This document shows positions 49,237 through 59,166 of a stretch of DNA of 64,000 nucleotides, piece by piece. The position numbers and the translations under genes are program-made. The stretch's first letter is position 1. Every line of letters begins with the position of its first letter. The notes beneath the pieces were generated by a model that was not told the origin of the DNA, made no database searches, and saw only the letters and a list, made by a program, of their open reading frames with translations. Location of the stretch: the NCBI GenBank assembly GCA_965232515.1, contig CBDDPY010000002.1, positions 4,896,001-4,960,000 on the forward strand, written 5' to 3'. Source of the DNA: Alphaproteobacteria bacterium. Lineage in GTDB: Bacteria; Pseudomonadota; Alphaproteobacteria; GCA-2731375.

Positions 49237-50454
49237 TCATGCCTGGGCTTCCTGCAGGCGGTCCGGCGTCCGCGCCGGCAGCAGGGCGGCGCAGACCGTG
49301 GCGACGGCGCCGCCGAGGCCGAGCAGCGCGAAGGCCCAGCCCCAGCCCTGATCGGCCGGCGCGATGTCCAGCACGGCGCCGAACGACGCCGGCGCCACGG
49401 CGCCGAGCCCGATGCCCAGGATCGAGCGGATGCCGAGCGCGCGGCCCAGGTGGTCCGGCGGTACGGTCTCGGTCATGGCCGTCGACAGCACGGCGGAATC
49501 GCCGATCGCCGCGAAGCCGTAGAGCGTCGCGAAGATCAGCAGCAGCGACGGCGCCAGCGCGCCCGACCAGCCGAAGCCGAACGAGCAGATGGCGCCCAGC
49601 GCCGCCACGTAGATCAGCACCACACGCCGGCCCAGCCGGTCCGACGCCTGGCCCATCAGGAACGAGGCGAAGAAGCCGGAGAGATGCAGCGCCAGCGCGA
49701 TGGCGATGCCGAGCCCGATGCCGCCCAGCGCCAGGTTCGCGAACGGCGGCCGGTCGCCGAGACTCAGCATCAGGAAGGCCGGCACCCAGGCCCAGGCGCC
49801 GAACAGCTCCCAGCAATGGCCCATATAGCCGATGGTCAGCAGACGCGAGTTGCGGTCGCGCAGCAGCGAATAGGGGGCCTGGCGTTTCCGCGCTGGCGCG
49901 GCGATGCGGTTCGCGACCCGGCGCGTGGCCGCGACGCCGAAAATCGCGCCCAGCAGCGTGCCCCCTGCGCAGACCAGGAAGGCCGCCTCATAGCCGTGCA
50001 CTGACGTCAGGCCCGTCGAGAGCACGATGGAGATCACATAACCGGCCGACATGCCCGCCAGCATCCAGCCGACCGCGGCGCCGCGCTTCTCCGGCGGCAG
50101 TTCCTGCGAGACCAGCATGATCGCGGGCGTATAGGTGCCGCCCTGCGCCGCGCCGGCGATGGTCGCCAGCACCAGGCCTGTCTCGAACGAGCGCGCGAAG
50201 CCGGCAAACACGAGCGCGGCGCCTGCCGCCAGCCAGGTGAACAGCACGAACATGCGCTTGGCCCCGGCCCGGTCCGACGCCCATGACGTCAGCAGCAGCG
50301 AGACCGCGAAGCCCGCGGAAAAGCCCGTCTGCACCAGCCCGGCCTGCGTCGCCGACATCTGCCAAGCGGTACTCAGCGTCGGTAGGCAGGCCGGATAGGT
50401 CATGAAGATCGCCGTCGTGAAGACGCGGCTGAAGAACAGGGCGGTGAGGGACAT
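49237..50454 (-). CDS. MFS transporter
   Basis: SDRAGAK and SDRLGRR motif-A repeats, GHCWEL, about 12 TMs. Confidence 0.9.
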   Translation of the reverse strand: MSLTALFFSRVFTTAIFMTYPACLPTLSTAWQMSATQAGLVQTGFSAGFAVSLLLTSWASDRAGAKRMFVLFTWLAAGAALVFAGFARSFETGLVLATIAGAAQGGTYTPAIMLVSQELPPEKRGAAVGWMLAGMSAGYVISIVLSTGLTSVHGYEAAFLVCAGGTLLGAIFGVAATRRVANRIAAPARKRQAPYSLLRDRNSRLLTIGYMGHCWELFGAWAWVPAFLMLSLGDRPPFANLALGGIGLGIAIALALHLSGFFASFLMGQASDRLGRRVVLIYVAALGAICSFGFGWSGALAPSLLLIFATLYGFAAIGDSAVLSTAMTETVPPDHLGRALGIRSILGIGLGAVAPASFGAVLDIAPADQGWGWAFALLGLGGAVATVCAALLPARTPDRLQEAQA

Positions 50455-50621
50455 CGTTTCGGCCACCTTGGTTCGGCGGCGGGGTGCGTCTGGCCGCGCG
50501 GGTCGGGATACAAATTTTCCGAGAACGCCGATTTCGACTATATAAAAATCACATAATATCAATTATCTATAATGATCAGGCATGATTTGCAATATTCGGA
50601 ACCAACCCCTCGGACGCTGAC

Positions 50622-51500
50622 GTGCTGGACCTGACCCAGGTGCGGGCCTTCCTGGCCGTGGTCGAGCACGGCGGCTTCAGCCGGGCGGCGGCCGCGCTCG
50701 AGACGACCCAGCCCGTGGTCTCGCAGCAGGTCCGCAAGTTGGAGACGGCGGTCGGCGCGCGCCTGCTCGCGCGCAGCCACGCGCGGACTGTGCCAACGGA
50801 GGACGGCCACCGCTTTCTGCCGCACGCGCGAGCGTTGCTGCGGGCGGAACAGCGGGCGAGGGACAGCGTCGCCGGCGCCGCGTTGACGGTCGCCGCCTCG
50901 ACCAATATCGGCGCTTACCTGTTGCCGCCGCTGATCGAAGCTTATGCGCGCCGAACAGCCGGCCCACCTCCGGAAATGCTTCTGGGTACCAACCCGGAAA
51001 CCGTCGACCGGCTCGAAAGCGGAACCGCCGACCTGGCGTTGATGGAGTGGTGGGACGACCGGCCGGGCTTCGCGGCGCGCCATTGGCGCACCGAGCCGCT
51101 GATCGTCATCGTCGACCCGGCGCACCCCTGGGCCGCAAGAGACGAAGTCGCACAGGCCGAGCTGTTCGATGCCCCGCTGATCGGCGGCGAGCCCGGCACC
51201 GGCACCGGGCAACGCCTGCGGCAGGTCTTCGGGGCCTCGGCGTCGCGGCTGCGGACCGCGCTGACGGTCGGCAGCACGGCCGCCGTCAAGGAAGCCGTGA
51301 AGGCCGGTCTCGGCATCTCGATCGTCATGGCGGCGTCGGCGGCCGAGGAACTGCGCCACGGCACCCTGCACGGCCTGCGGATCGCCGATGCGGCCCTGGC
51401 CAAGGACCTCTTCGCAATTCTGCCCGTCGACCTGCCGGAAACGGCCCCCGCCGTTCGCTTCGACCGGTTTCTGGCCGAGGCCGCGCCTTCCGCGGCCTGA
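50622..51500 (+). CDS. LysR family transcriptional regulator
   Basis: FSRAAAALETTQPVVSQQVRKLE HTH; divergent from the MFS gene across an AT-rich spacer. Confidence 0.92.
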   Translation: MLDLTQVRAFLAVVEHGGFSRAAAALETTQPVVSQQVRKLETAVGARLLARSHARTVPTEDGHRFLPHARALLRAEQRARDSVAGAALTVAASTNIGAYLLPPLIEAYARRTAGPPPEMLLGTNPETVDRLESGTADLALMEWWDDRPGFAARHWRTEPLIVIVDPAHPWAARDEVAQAELFDAPLIGGEPGTGTGQRLRQVFGASASRLRTALTVGSTAAVKEAVKAGLGISIVMAASAAEELRHGTLHGLRIADAALAKDLFAILPVDLPETAPAVRFDRFLAEAAPSAA

Positions 51501-51572
51501 TATCCAGATCTGCCGTGATCTCGGCGCGGGATTGCCGTCCGAAAAACCGCCGGGCTTTGCTATAAGGCTCGG

Positions 51573-52508
51573 ATGAACGACAGCACCGACGCGCACGGCC
51601 AGACCACGCACGACGCGGAAGAGGACGCTCGCAACCGCGACATCAAGATCTACGTCGACGGTGAGATCGTGCACCGGGACGATGCCAAGATCTCGGTCTA
51701 CGATTCCGGCTTCATGCTGGGCGACGGCATGTGGGAAGGCATGCGCCTCTACAACGGCAAGTGGGCCTTCTTCGACGACCACATGGACCGCCTGTTCGCG
51801 GCCTGCAAGGCCGTCGCCCTCGACATCGGCATGGACCGTGCCGGCATTCTCGACGCGCTCACCCGCACGGCCGACGCAAATGCTATGACGACGGACGTAC
51901 ATTGCCGGCTGATGGTGACCCGCGGCGTGAAGGTGAAGCCGTTCCAGCATCCGAGCCTGTCGCGTTCCGGTCCCACCGTCGTGATCATCATGGAGCACTC
52001 GAAACCGGTCGACAGTCTGCAAAGCCGTGGCATCCGTCTTGCCACCGTGCCGCAGGTGCGCGGCCTGCCGATGTCGCAGGACGCCAAGTACAACTCGCAT
52101 TCCAAGCTGAACTGCGTCATCGCCTGCCTGCAGGCCGAACAGGCCGGCGCCGACGAGGCCCTGATGCTGGACCCGCACGGCTTCGTCAACACGACGAACG
52201 CCTGCAACTTCTTCATCGTCCGGCGTGGCGAGGTCTGGACCTCGACCGGCGACTACTGCATGAACGGCGTCACCCGCCAGAAGGTGATCGACCTCTGCCG
52301 GGCGAACGGCATCCCGGTGTTCGAACGCAACTATTCGCTGGTCGACACCTACAGCGCCGACGAGGCGTTTCTGACCGGGACCTTCGGCGCGCAGACGCCC
52401 GTCGCCGAGATTGACGGCCGCAAGATCGGTGCGCACGACGGCGCTGGCCCGGTGACGACGCGCTTGCAGGCGCTCTACAAGGACCTCGTCAGACAGAACA
52501 CGGCCTGA
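51573..52508 (+). CDS. Aminotransferase class IV (branched-chain/D-amino acid type)
   Basis: DSGFMLGDG.WEG, HSKLN (PLP Lys), GVTRQ, ADEAFLTGT. Confidence 0.92.
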   Translation: MNDSTDAHGQTTHDAEEDARNRDIKIYVDGEIVHRDDAKISVYDSGFMLGDGMWEGMRLYNGKWAFFDDHMDRLFAACKAVALDIGMDRAGILDALTRTADANAMTTDVHCRLMVTRGVKVKPFQHPSLSRSGPTVVIIMEHSKPVDSLQSRGIRLATVPQVRGLPMSQDAKYNSHSKLNCVIACLQAEQAGADEALMLDPHGFVNTTNACNFFIVRRGEVWTSTGDYCMNGVTRQKVIDLCRANGIPVFERNYSLVDTYSADEAFLTGTFGAQTPVAEIDGRKIGAHDGAGPVTTRLQALYKDLVRQNTA

Positions 52509-52514
52509 CGCGGC

Positions 52515-53396
52515 TCAGTCCGCGCCACGCACGCGCTCGCGCCAGGCGAGCAGCGCCGCGCCGGCGACGATCAGAACGGCGCCGGCCAGGCTGAATGCGG
52601 TCGGCAGCACGCTGAACACCAGGAAATCGTAGACGGCGGCGAAGACCAGCGTCGCGTAGAAGAACGGCGCGACGAAGCTGGCGTCGCCCCGGCGCATGGC
52701 CTGGATGAAGAGCGTTTGCGCCGTCACCATGGTCGCGCCGAGCATCGCCAGCAGCGCCCACTGCGTCGGTGTCGGCCAGATCCAGACGAACGACGCGGCG
52801 ATGAGCGCGACCGTGGCGCCGATGCTGTTGTTGATGGCGAGAATGCGCAACGGTGGTTCGCCGCCGGCCAGCCGCTTGATCAGGATCAGCTCCATGGCCA
52901 TGAACAGCGCCGAGGTCAGCGCGATCAGCGCCGCGGCCTGGAAGGCATCCGTGCCCGGCCGGATCAGCACGATGGCGCCGGCGAGCGAAATCCCGGCGGC
53001 GGCCCAGCGCCAGGGTCCAATCCGCTCGCCCAGCAGCGGGATCGCCAGCAGCATGGTGAACAGGGGACTGAGAAAACTGATCGCCGTCGCGTCCGCCAGC
53101 GGCATCATCGCGGCGGCGGCGAACATGCAGCTCACGCCGGCCCAGCCACAGAGCGCACGCCCGATATGTACCGGCCAGGCCGCGCCGCGCAGGCTCGGCC
53201 GGACCCAAGCGAGGATCGGCAGCAGCGTCATCAGCGCAAAGCAGAACCGCCCGGCGCTCACCTGCAAGGGGTGCAGCGCGGCGCCGTCGATGCCGCGGCC
53301 CAGCACCTTGGCGATCAGCGTCGTCACCGCCAGCAGGGCGCAGCAAGCCACCATCAGGGCCGCGCCGGTCAGCGGCCGGGACGCCGCCGGCGTCAC
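52515..53396 (-). CDS. DMT/EamA family transporter
   Basis: About 10 TMs; LADATAISFLSPLF and LLGERIG motifs. Confidence 0.88.
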   Translation of the reverse strand: MTPAASRPLTGAALMVACCALLAVTTLIAKVLGRGIDGAALHPLQVSAGRFCFALMTLLPILAWVRPSLRGAAWPVHIGRALCGWAGVSCMFAAAAMMPLADATAISFLSPLFTMLLAIPLLGERIGPWRWAAAGISLAGAIVLIRPGTDAFQAAALIALTSALFMAMELILIKRLAGGEPPLRILAINNSIGATVALIAASFVWIWPTPTQWALLAMLGATMVTAQTLFIQAMRRGDASFVAPFFYATLVFAAVYDFLVFSVLPTAFSLAGAVLIVAGAALLAWRERVRGAD

Positions 53397-53485
53397 GCCG
53401 CCATGCCGGATTTACTGATGTCGATCCTCATTGCCGTTGTGATACGACGCGGGGCGTCGGCGCGTCTACGCGCAATGCCGGCGCG

Positions 53486-53749
53486 TCAGCGCGTATAGCC
53501 GCCCCATTTGCCGCGGCCGTCGAAGGCCGGTTCGGCGCTTGTCACCGTTTGGCTGCTGTCGTCGCGATCGACGGTCTGGTCCACGTAGTATGAGTCATGG
53601 GACAGCCCCAGGGCGACCAGGATGGCGACGGCGATTACGGCGGCATAGACCGGAAGTTGCGCGAAGATGCCGCCGCGCGGCGCGTGCGCGTGGCCGGCCG
53701 GGTGGTGCGGGGCGTTGAGGTACATGCCCTGGTAACGCGCGTACAACAT
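53486..53749 (-). CDS. Small single-TM hypothetical protein
   Basis: AAGGAG RBS; His-rich N-terminus, one TM, C-terminal FDGRGKWGGY. Confidence 0.6.
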   Translation of the reverse strand: MLYARYQGMYLNAPHHPAGHAHAPRGGIFAQLPVYAAVIAVAILVALGLSHDSYYVDQTVDRDDSSQTVTSAEPAFDGRGKWGGYTR

Positions 53750-53884
53750 ATGCGTTCTCCTTATCGCTGCGGCCGCGCCGGGTCGAAACCCGACGGCCGC
53801 CGGATATGGCGCCGTCCATGGAGATATGCGGGCCCGGCGTCACAGCCACAAACGAGAACTTCTCATTTGTTGGATAAGGAAATG

Positions 53885-54751
53885 TTATGCGGAAGCCGTT
53901 GTCGCCGGATCGGCGAACAGCGCCGTCAGCCAGTCGGCGACGGCCGAAATCCGTGGCAGATGGCGGATCTCGGGGTGCACCAGCAGCCAGACCTCGCGGC
54001 GTAGCACCGGCCCGTCGGTGAGTCGCGTCAATCCGTCGCCGTCGGTCACGGCGAGATCGGGCAGCAGCGTCCGGCCGAGCCCCGCCACTACGGCCTGAAA
54101 CAGGGTCTCGGCGTCGTTCGCCCGCAAGGCGATGTCGGCGTTCCGCGCCTCCCGGGCCAGCCAGCGCGCCTGCGGCAGATCGGCATGGTCGTCGTCGTAG
54201 CCGAGCCAGGGCAGGGGGCCGCCGGCGACGACCGCGCCATAGACCGAGTAGGCGAGCTCGCCCAGCTTTCGGCAGAGCGCTGTGCCGCCGGCCGGCCGCG
54301 CCAGCCGCACCGCGATGTCGGCGTCGCGCTTGGCGAGCTGCAGGTTGCGGGGCTCGGCAACCAGTTCCAGCGACAGCCTGGGATAGCGCTGCCGGAACGT
54401 CCCCAAGTGCGGGATCAGCACGCGGTTGACCAGGATCGGCACCGCCGTCAGCCGCACATCGCCCTCCGGCGCGCGGTCGGCGCCGGCGAGCCGCGCCGCC
54501 AGGCGTTCGATCTCGGCTTCCACCCGCTCGGCATGCGCGACCGCGTCGGCCCCGGCGTCCGTCGGCCGCAGCCGCCGCTCAATACGTTGAAACAGCGGCG
54601 TGCCCACGGCTTGCTCGAGGGTGGCCAGCCGACGCGTCACCGTCGTCTGGTCCACCCCCAGCCGCTTCGCGGCTGCCGACAGGGTCTCGCCGCGTGCCAC
54701 CGCCAGCACGACACGCAGGTCGTCCCAGTTGAGAGGCATATGAGTCTGCAT
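53885..54751 (-). CDS. LysR family transcriptional regulator
   Basis: LNWDDLR...LSAAAKRLGVDQTTVTRRL HTH; start may be 54739. Confidence 0.92.
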   Translation of the reverse strand: MQTHMPLNWDDLRVVLAVARGETLSAAAKRLGVDQTTVTRRLATLEQAVGTPLFQRIERRLRPTDAGADAVAHAERVEAEIERLAARLAGADRAPEGDVRLTAVPILVNRVLIPHLGTFRQRYPRLSLELVAEPRNLQLAKRDADIAVRLARPAGGTALCRKLGELAYSVYGAVVAGGPLPWLGYDDDHADLPQARWLAREARNADIALRANDAETLFQAVVAGLGRTLLPDLAVTDGDGLTRLTDGPVLRREVWLLVHPEIRHLPRISAVADWLTALFADPATTASA

Positions 54752-54843
54752 TTCTACAGATTAAATTCGCGGAAGTTCGACTGTAAATCGCATTTCTGCG
54801 GATCAAAGATGTGGGCGCTGTCCGCACACAGAGGAGCGCCACC

Positions 54844-55431
54844 ATGCCGACCTCCAACGATCCCTGGTTGTCGACCCTGCTGGCCCGCAACGCCGCCTTC
54901 CGCGCCAAGGCCGATCCGGCGCGCTTGCCGGTCGCGCGCAGGCCCGGCCGTTTCGGGCTGGTCACCTGCATGGACCCGCGCCTCAATCCGGCCGTGCTTG
55001 GCCTCGACGGCTTCGGTCCGGACGGCGCCGGCGGCGGCGATGTGCGCGTGATCCGCACCATCGGCGGCATGGCCGACGACCGCTCGCTGATCGTCTGCAT
55101 TCATCTCGCCGGTATCCGCGAGTTCGCCTTCATTACCCACACCGACTGCGGCAACTGCCTCGCCAAGGCGCGCATCGATGCCATTTCCGACAGCCTGCGC
55201 GCGACCATGTCGGCTGACGATCACAAGGCCTTCGCCGATGCCATCGGCGGCGACGATCCGGCGCGGCTCGTCGCCCATCTCAAGGCCTTCGACGATCCCC
55301 GCGTTGCTGTCGAGCAGGAAATCGACAGCGTCCGCCGCAAGCCCTTCGTGCCGGCCGACGTTATCCTGCACGGCCTGGTCTACGACCTCGCCACGGCGAC
55401 GCTCGACCTGGTGGTCGATGGCTATGTCTAG
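54844..55431 (+). CDS. Beta-class carbonic anhydrase
   Basis: CMDPR and HTDCG Zn-ligand motifs; GLVYDL; AGGAG RBS. Confidence 0.88.
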   Translation: MPTSNDPWLSTLLARNAAFRAKADPARLPVARRPGRFGLVTCMDPRLNPAVLGLDGFGPDGAGGGDVRVIRTIGGMADDRSLIVCIHLAGIREFAFITHTDCGNCLAKARIDAISDSLRATMSADDHKAFADAIGGDDPARLVAHLKAFDDPRVAVEQEIDSVRRKPFVPADVILHGLVYDLATATLDLVVDGYV

Positions 55432-56297
55432 GCTTTGGACCGGGCGCCGACCTGGGCCAGGATGATGCCGCCGATGACCAGCGCGGTGCCCAGCGCCTGC
55501 TGGCCGGACATCGGCTCGCCCAACAGCAGCAGCGCCAGCATGATGGTGATCGGCGGCTCCAGATTGAACAGCAGCGCCGCGGGCACCGCGCCCAGGCGGC
55601 GGATGCCGGCGAACATGCTGACGTAGAACAACAGGAACGTCGCCAACGCCAGGCCCAGCATGGCCCAGCCGAAGCCGCCGCGCGGCAGCGCGAACTCGCT
55701 GGCGAAGCTCGCCGTCAGCAGCGCCATGGGCAGGCCGGCGAGCGAGAAGTGCAGGCTCGCCGGCAGCGTGTCGACGCCGCGCAGCACCCGGCCGGAGCCG
55801 ATGAAGGCGATGCCGCCGCCCAGCGCCGCGGCGAAGGCCAGCGCCAGCCCGCGCGGATCCAGCCCCTCGAACGAGATCGACAGCGCCATGGCGAGACCGC
55901 CCAGCACGACGACCGCGCCGACGACTTCCGCGATGGCCGGGCGCCGACGGTCGACCACGGCCGCGCCCAAAAGCGTCAGCAGCGGATAGAGATAGAAGAT
56001 CAGGATCGCCAGGTTCACCGGAATGAACTGCACCGCGCCCAGATAGCCGCCGGCCTGTGCGAACAGCGCCAGCCCGACGCCGTAGCAGGCGAGCGCGGAG
56101 CGCAATGGCAGTGCTGCCGGTGTACCGCTCTGCCGCAGCAGCAGCCAGAGCATGGCGGCCGAGAGCGGATAGCGCAGGCACAGCAGCGTCGCGGCATTGC
56201 CGCCGGCCTCGAAGACCAGGCGCGACAGGACGACGGACAGGCTGATGCTGGCGGCCGAGAAGATGATCAGCAGGCCGCCCAATGACTTGGCAGACAT
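55428..56297 (-). CDS. DMT/EamA family transporter
   Basis: About 10 TMs; LIFYLYP and NLEP..LLGE motifs; start overlaps the upstream stop. Confidence 0.87.
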   Translation of the reverse strand: MSAKSLGGLLIIFSAASISLSVVLSRLVFEAGGNAATLLCLRYPLSAAMLWLLLRQSGTPAALPLRSALACYGVGLALFAQAGGYLGAVQFIPVNLAILIFYLYPLLTLLGAAVVDRRRPAIAEVVGAVVVLGGLAMALSISFEGLDPRGLALAFAAALGGGIAFIGSGRVLRGVDTLPASLHFSLAGLPMALLTASFASEFALPRGGFGWAMLGLALATFLLFYVSMFAGIRRLGAVPAALLFNLEPPITIMLALLLLGEPMSGQQALGTALVIGGIILAQVGARSKA

Positions 56298-57199
56298 TAC
56301 CCGCTTATAGCAGTGCCCGGCCGCCGGTGCGCGAGCCAGATGCCGATGGCGACCGCAACGAGGCCGGCGACGAACAAAACCGTGATCTCCTCGCCCAGCA
56401 ACGTCGCGCCCAAGCCCATGGCCGTGATCGGGCTCAACGACAGGAAAACCGCCGTGTTGGTCGCCGGCGCGTGCTGCAGCGCCCAGAGCCAGAGGTAATA
56501 GCCGACGCCGCTGTTGGCGCCAATGAACAGCACCGCCAACCAGCCGCCGGTCGTGAAGCTGGGCACGGCCGCGAAGAAGCCTTCCCACCCGGCCAGCACG
56601 GCCAGGAACAGGACGGAGGCGAACATGGCGAACAGGCTCACCTGCAACGCCGGATACTTCTGGAGATACGGCCGGTAGAATACGCTGCAGACCGCGCCGC
56701 AGAGCGCACTGCCCAGCACCGCGATCTCGCCCCGCCAGCCGCCGAGGCCGGCATCGTGCAGGCCCAGCTTGTCGCCGAGCGCCAGACCGACGCCAACCAC
56801 CGTCAGCGCCACGCCGATCGATTTCGCCGGCGTCAGCCGCTCCTGGCCCAGGCCCGCCGCCAGCACCATGGTCAATAACGGCAGCGTGGCGAAGATCAGC
56901 GCGCCCATGGCCGACGACGTGAACTGCAGCCCATAGTTCAGCAACGCGATCAGAATGCCGAACTGCCCGATGCCCAGCAGCGCGATGGGCAGCAGGTCGC
57001 GCGCCGCGAACCGTACCCGCGCGGACATCAGCACCGGCGGCAGCAAACAGACGACGCCGATGGCGTAGCGCAGCAGCGCCAGCGAGGCCGGCTCGGTCTG
57101 GTCGATGACGAACCGCGTCGCCACCATCGCCGCCCCGACCAGGATCCCACACCCGGCCGCGGCCGCCGGCGGCAAGAGTCGCCGCCAGTCGTCAGACAT
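56297..57199 (-). CDS. DMT/EamA family transporter
   Basis: About 10 TMs; LSPITA..LG..LLGE motif. Confidence 0.88.
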   Translation of the reverse strand: MSDDWRRLLPPAAAAGCGILVGAAMVATRFVIDQTEPASLALLRYAIGVVCLLPPVLMSARVRFAARDLLPIALLGIGQFGILIALLNYGLQFTSSAMGALIFATLPLLTMVLAAGLGQERLTPAKSIGVALTVVGVGLALGDKLGLHDAGLGGWRGEIAVLGSALCGAVCSVFYRPYLQKYPALQVSLFAMFASVLFLAVLAGWEGFFAAVPSFTTGGWLAVLFIGANSGVGYYLWLWALQHAPATNTAVFLSLSPITAMGLGATLLGEEITVLFVAGLVAVAIGIWLAHRRPGTAISG

Positions 57200-57210
57200 A
57201 GCGGGTGTCC

Positions 57211-57298
57211 CTGGATTGCCGGGTCGAGCCCGGCAATGACGAACTAGCGAGGAAGTAAGACATCCTTCGTCATCACCGGGCTTGACCCGGTGATCCAG
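57211..57298. repeat. Pair of REP-like elements (GTCAT..CCGGGCTYGACCCGG..ATCCA family)
   Basis: 57211-57240 is the exact reverse complement of 29797-29826; variant copy at 57269-57298. Confidence 0.85.
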
Positions 57299-58241
57299 CG
57301 CCGGCCGCCGCGCGCAGATCCAGTTCCCAGGTCTCGCTGACCAGATCCTGGCCGAAGCTGCGATGCGGTTCCGAATGCACCATGCGGAACCCGGCGTCGC
57401 GATAGATCTGACGGGCGGCGGTCAGCACGCTGTTGGTCCACAGCGTCATCGTTTTGTAGCCGCGCGATCGCGCGAAGCGGATGCACTCGTCGACCAGGCG
57501 GCGGCCGATGCCGAGGCCGCGCGCCTTCGGCTCCACCAGCAGCAGCCGCAGCTTCGCCACCTCGTCCGACTGCCGCGCCAGGAACACCGAGCCGACATTC
57601 TCGCCGTCCTTCTCGGCGATCCAGCAGCGCTCGGTCTGGGAATCGAAGTTCTCGACGAAGGCGGCGGCGACGCCGGCGACCAGCGCCTCGAAGCGCTCGT
57701 CCCAGCCGAACTCGCGGGCATACAGCACGCCATGCCGCTGGATCACCCAGCCGATGTCGCCCGGCTGGTGCGGCCGCAGCAGGTAGGGCGCCTTCGGTTC
57801 CGGTTCGGCGCCAAGCACCTCTTCGACGATGCCCATCGCCTCGATCAGGCGCGTCTGTTCGGGCGGCGACAGCTCGTCCAGCATGGCGCCGATCTCGGCC
57901 GCCGAGCGCGCGTTCAGCATCGCGAAGGTGCCCCGGCCGCTGTCGGTCAGGCGCAGCAGACTCTGCCGGCCGTCACGCGTCGACGGCGTCTTCTCGATCT
58001 GGCCCAGATTGGCGAGCTTGCGCAGCAACCGGCTCAGATAGCCGGGATCGAGATCGAGATATTTCGCCAGCGCCGTCGCCGTCGTCTCGTCGCGATGCGC
58101 CAGCTCGTAGATCACCCGCACCTCGGTCAACGAGTAGGGGCTGCTCAAATGCCCTTCCAGCAGCACGCCGATGCGCCGCGTGTAGAAGCGGTTGAACCGC
58201 CGCACCGCGGCGACCCGCTGGGCAAATCCGGAATCGTCCAT
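57273..58241 (-). CDS. Bifunctional MarR-HTH / GNAT acetyltransferase
   Basis: VRRFNRFYTRRIG and LDPGYLSR MarR part; LRLLLVEPKARGLGIG and LWTNSVL GNAT part. Confidence 0.92.
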   Translation of the reverse strand: MDDSGFAQRVAAVRRFNRFYTRRIGVLLEGHLSSPYSLTEVRVIYELAHRDETTATALAKYLDLDPGYLSRLLRKLANLGQIEKTPSTRDGRQSLLRLTDSGRGTFAMLNARSAAEIGAMLDELSPPEQTRLIEAMGIVEEVLGAEPEPKAPYLLRPHQPGDIGWVIQRHGVLYAREFGWDERFEALVAGVAAAFVENFDSQTERCWIAEKDGENVGSVFLARQSDEVAKLRLLLVEPKARGLGIGRRLVDECIRFARSRGYKTMTLWTNSVLTAARQIYRDAGFRMVHSEPHRSFGQDLVSETWELDLRAAAGAGSPGQAR

Positions 58242-58267
58242 GGCCGATGTCCCGCCGCCGAAATGCT

Positions 58268-58312
58268 ATTGATTGTATTGAGCAATTAAATAATTGCTTT
58301 CGTCAACTAAAT
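58268..58312. promoter_or_regulatory. AT-rich palindromic operator region between divergent MarR-GNAT and nitrilase genes
   Basis: AGCAATTA-AA-TAATTGCT perfect IR (58281-58298) flanked by TTGA/TCAAC half-sites. Confidence 0.55.
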
Positions 58313-58365
58313 TTCACCCATGGTATCGATTGCTATGATGGGCCACACCGAATCGGCTGCCGTTC

Positions 58366-59166
58366 ATGTCCCGCGCCCGCCTGACCGTCGCCACCTGCCA
58401 GTTCTCTGTCGTCGCCGATATCGGTCGCAATGCCCGCCAGATCGTCCGGCTGATCGGCCGGGCGGCCGATCAGGGCGCGGACATCGCGCATTTCCCGGAA
58501 GCGGCGCTATCCGGCTACGCCGGGGCCTCGTTCGATACATGGGACGGCTACGACTGGGCCGGTCTGGACCGGGCGATGGCGCGCGTGCGCGCGGCTTGCC
58601 GCCGGCACGGCATCTGGGCCGTCATCGGCACCAGTCACCGGCCGGATGCCGCCGGGCTGCCGTTCAACAGCGTCGAGGTCATCGATCCGCGCGGCGAACC
58701 CGTCGGCCGTTGCGACAAGCGCCGCTGCAACGATAAGGAGCGCACCCGCTACCGGGTCGGCCGCCGCGCGGTGACATTCACGGTGAACGGCGTGCGCTGC
58801 GGCTGCCTGATCTGCCTGGACTGGTCGTTTCCCGAGCTCTTTCGGGGCTATGCCGACGACGGCGTCGACCTCGTCCTGCTGTCGGCCTTCTCCGCCGGCA
58901 ATGACGGCGACAGCCTGCATACCGACGTGGTGCCGCCCTTGATGCAGGGTCACGCCTTCCTCAACTGCCTTTACATCAGCGTCGCCAACTGCGCCCTGCC
59001 GCGACAAAGCTTCGCCAGTTTCTGGGTCAAGCGCAGCGGCCGGCTCGGCGCCCGCTGCCGCCGCAACACCTCGGGCCTGATCGTCAGCGCCATCCCCGAC
59101 GACGCCGAGAAGGACGCCTTCTACGCCAAGGTCCGCGGGTTCCGCGCGGCCGCCGAGACAAATTAA
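58366..59166 (+). CDS. Carbon-nitrogen hydrolase (nitrilase superfamily)
   Basis: FPE, DK and ICLD Glu-Lys-Cys triad motifs. Confidence 0.88.
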   Translation: MSRARLTVATCQFSVVADIGRNARQIVRLIGRAADQGADIAHFPEAALSGYAGASFDTWDGYDWAGLDRAMARVRAACRRHGIWAVIGTSHRPDAAGLPFNSVEVIDPRGEPVGRCDKRRCNDKERTRYRVGRRAVTFTVNGVRCGCLICLDWSFPELFRGYADDGVDLVLLSAFSAGNDGDSLHTDVVPPLMQGHAFLNCLYISVANCALPRQSFASFWVKRSGRLGARCRRNTSGLIVSAIPDDAEKDAFYAKVRGFRAAAETN

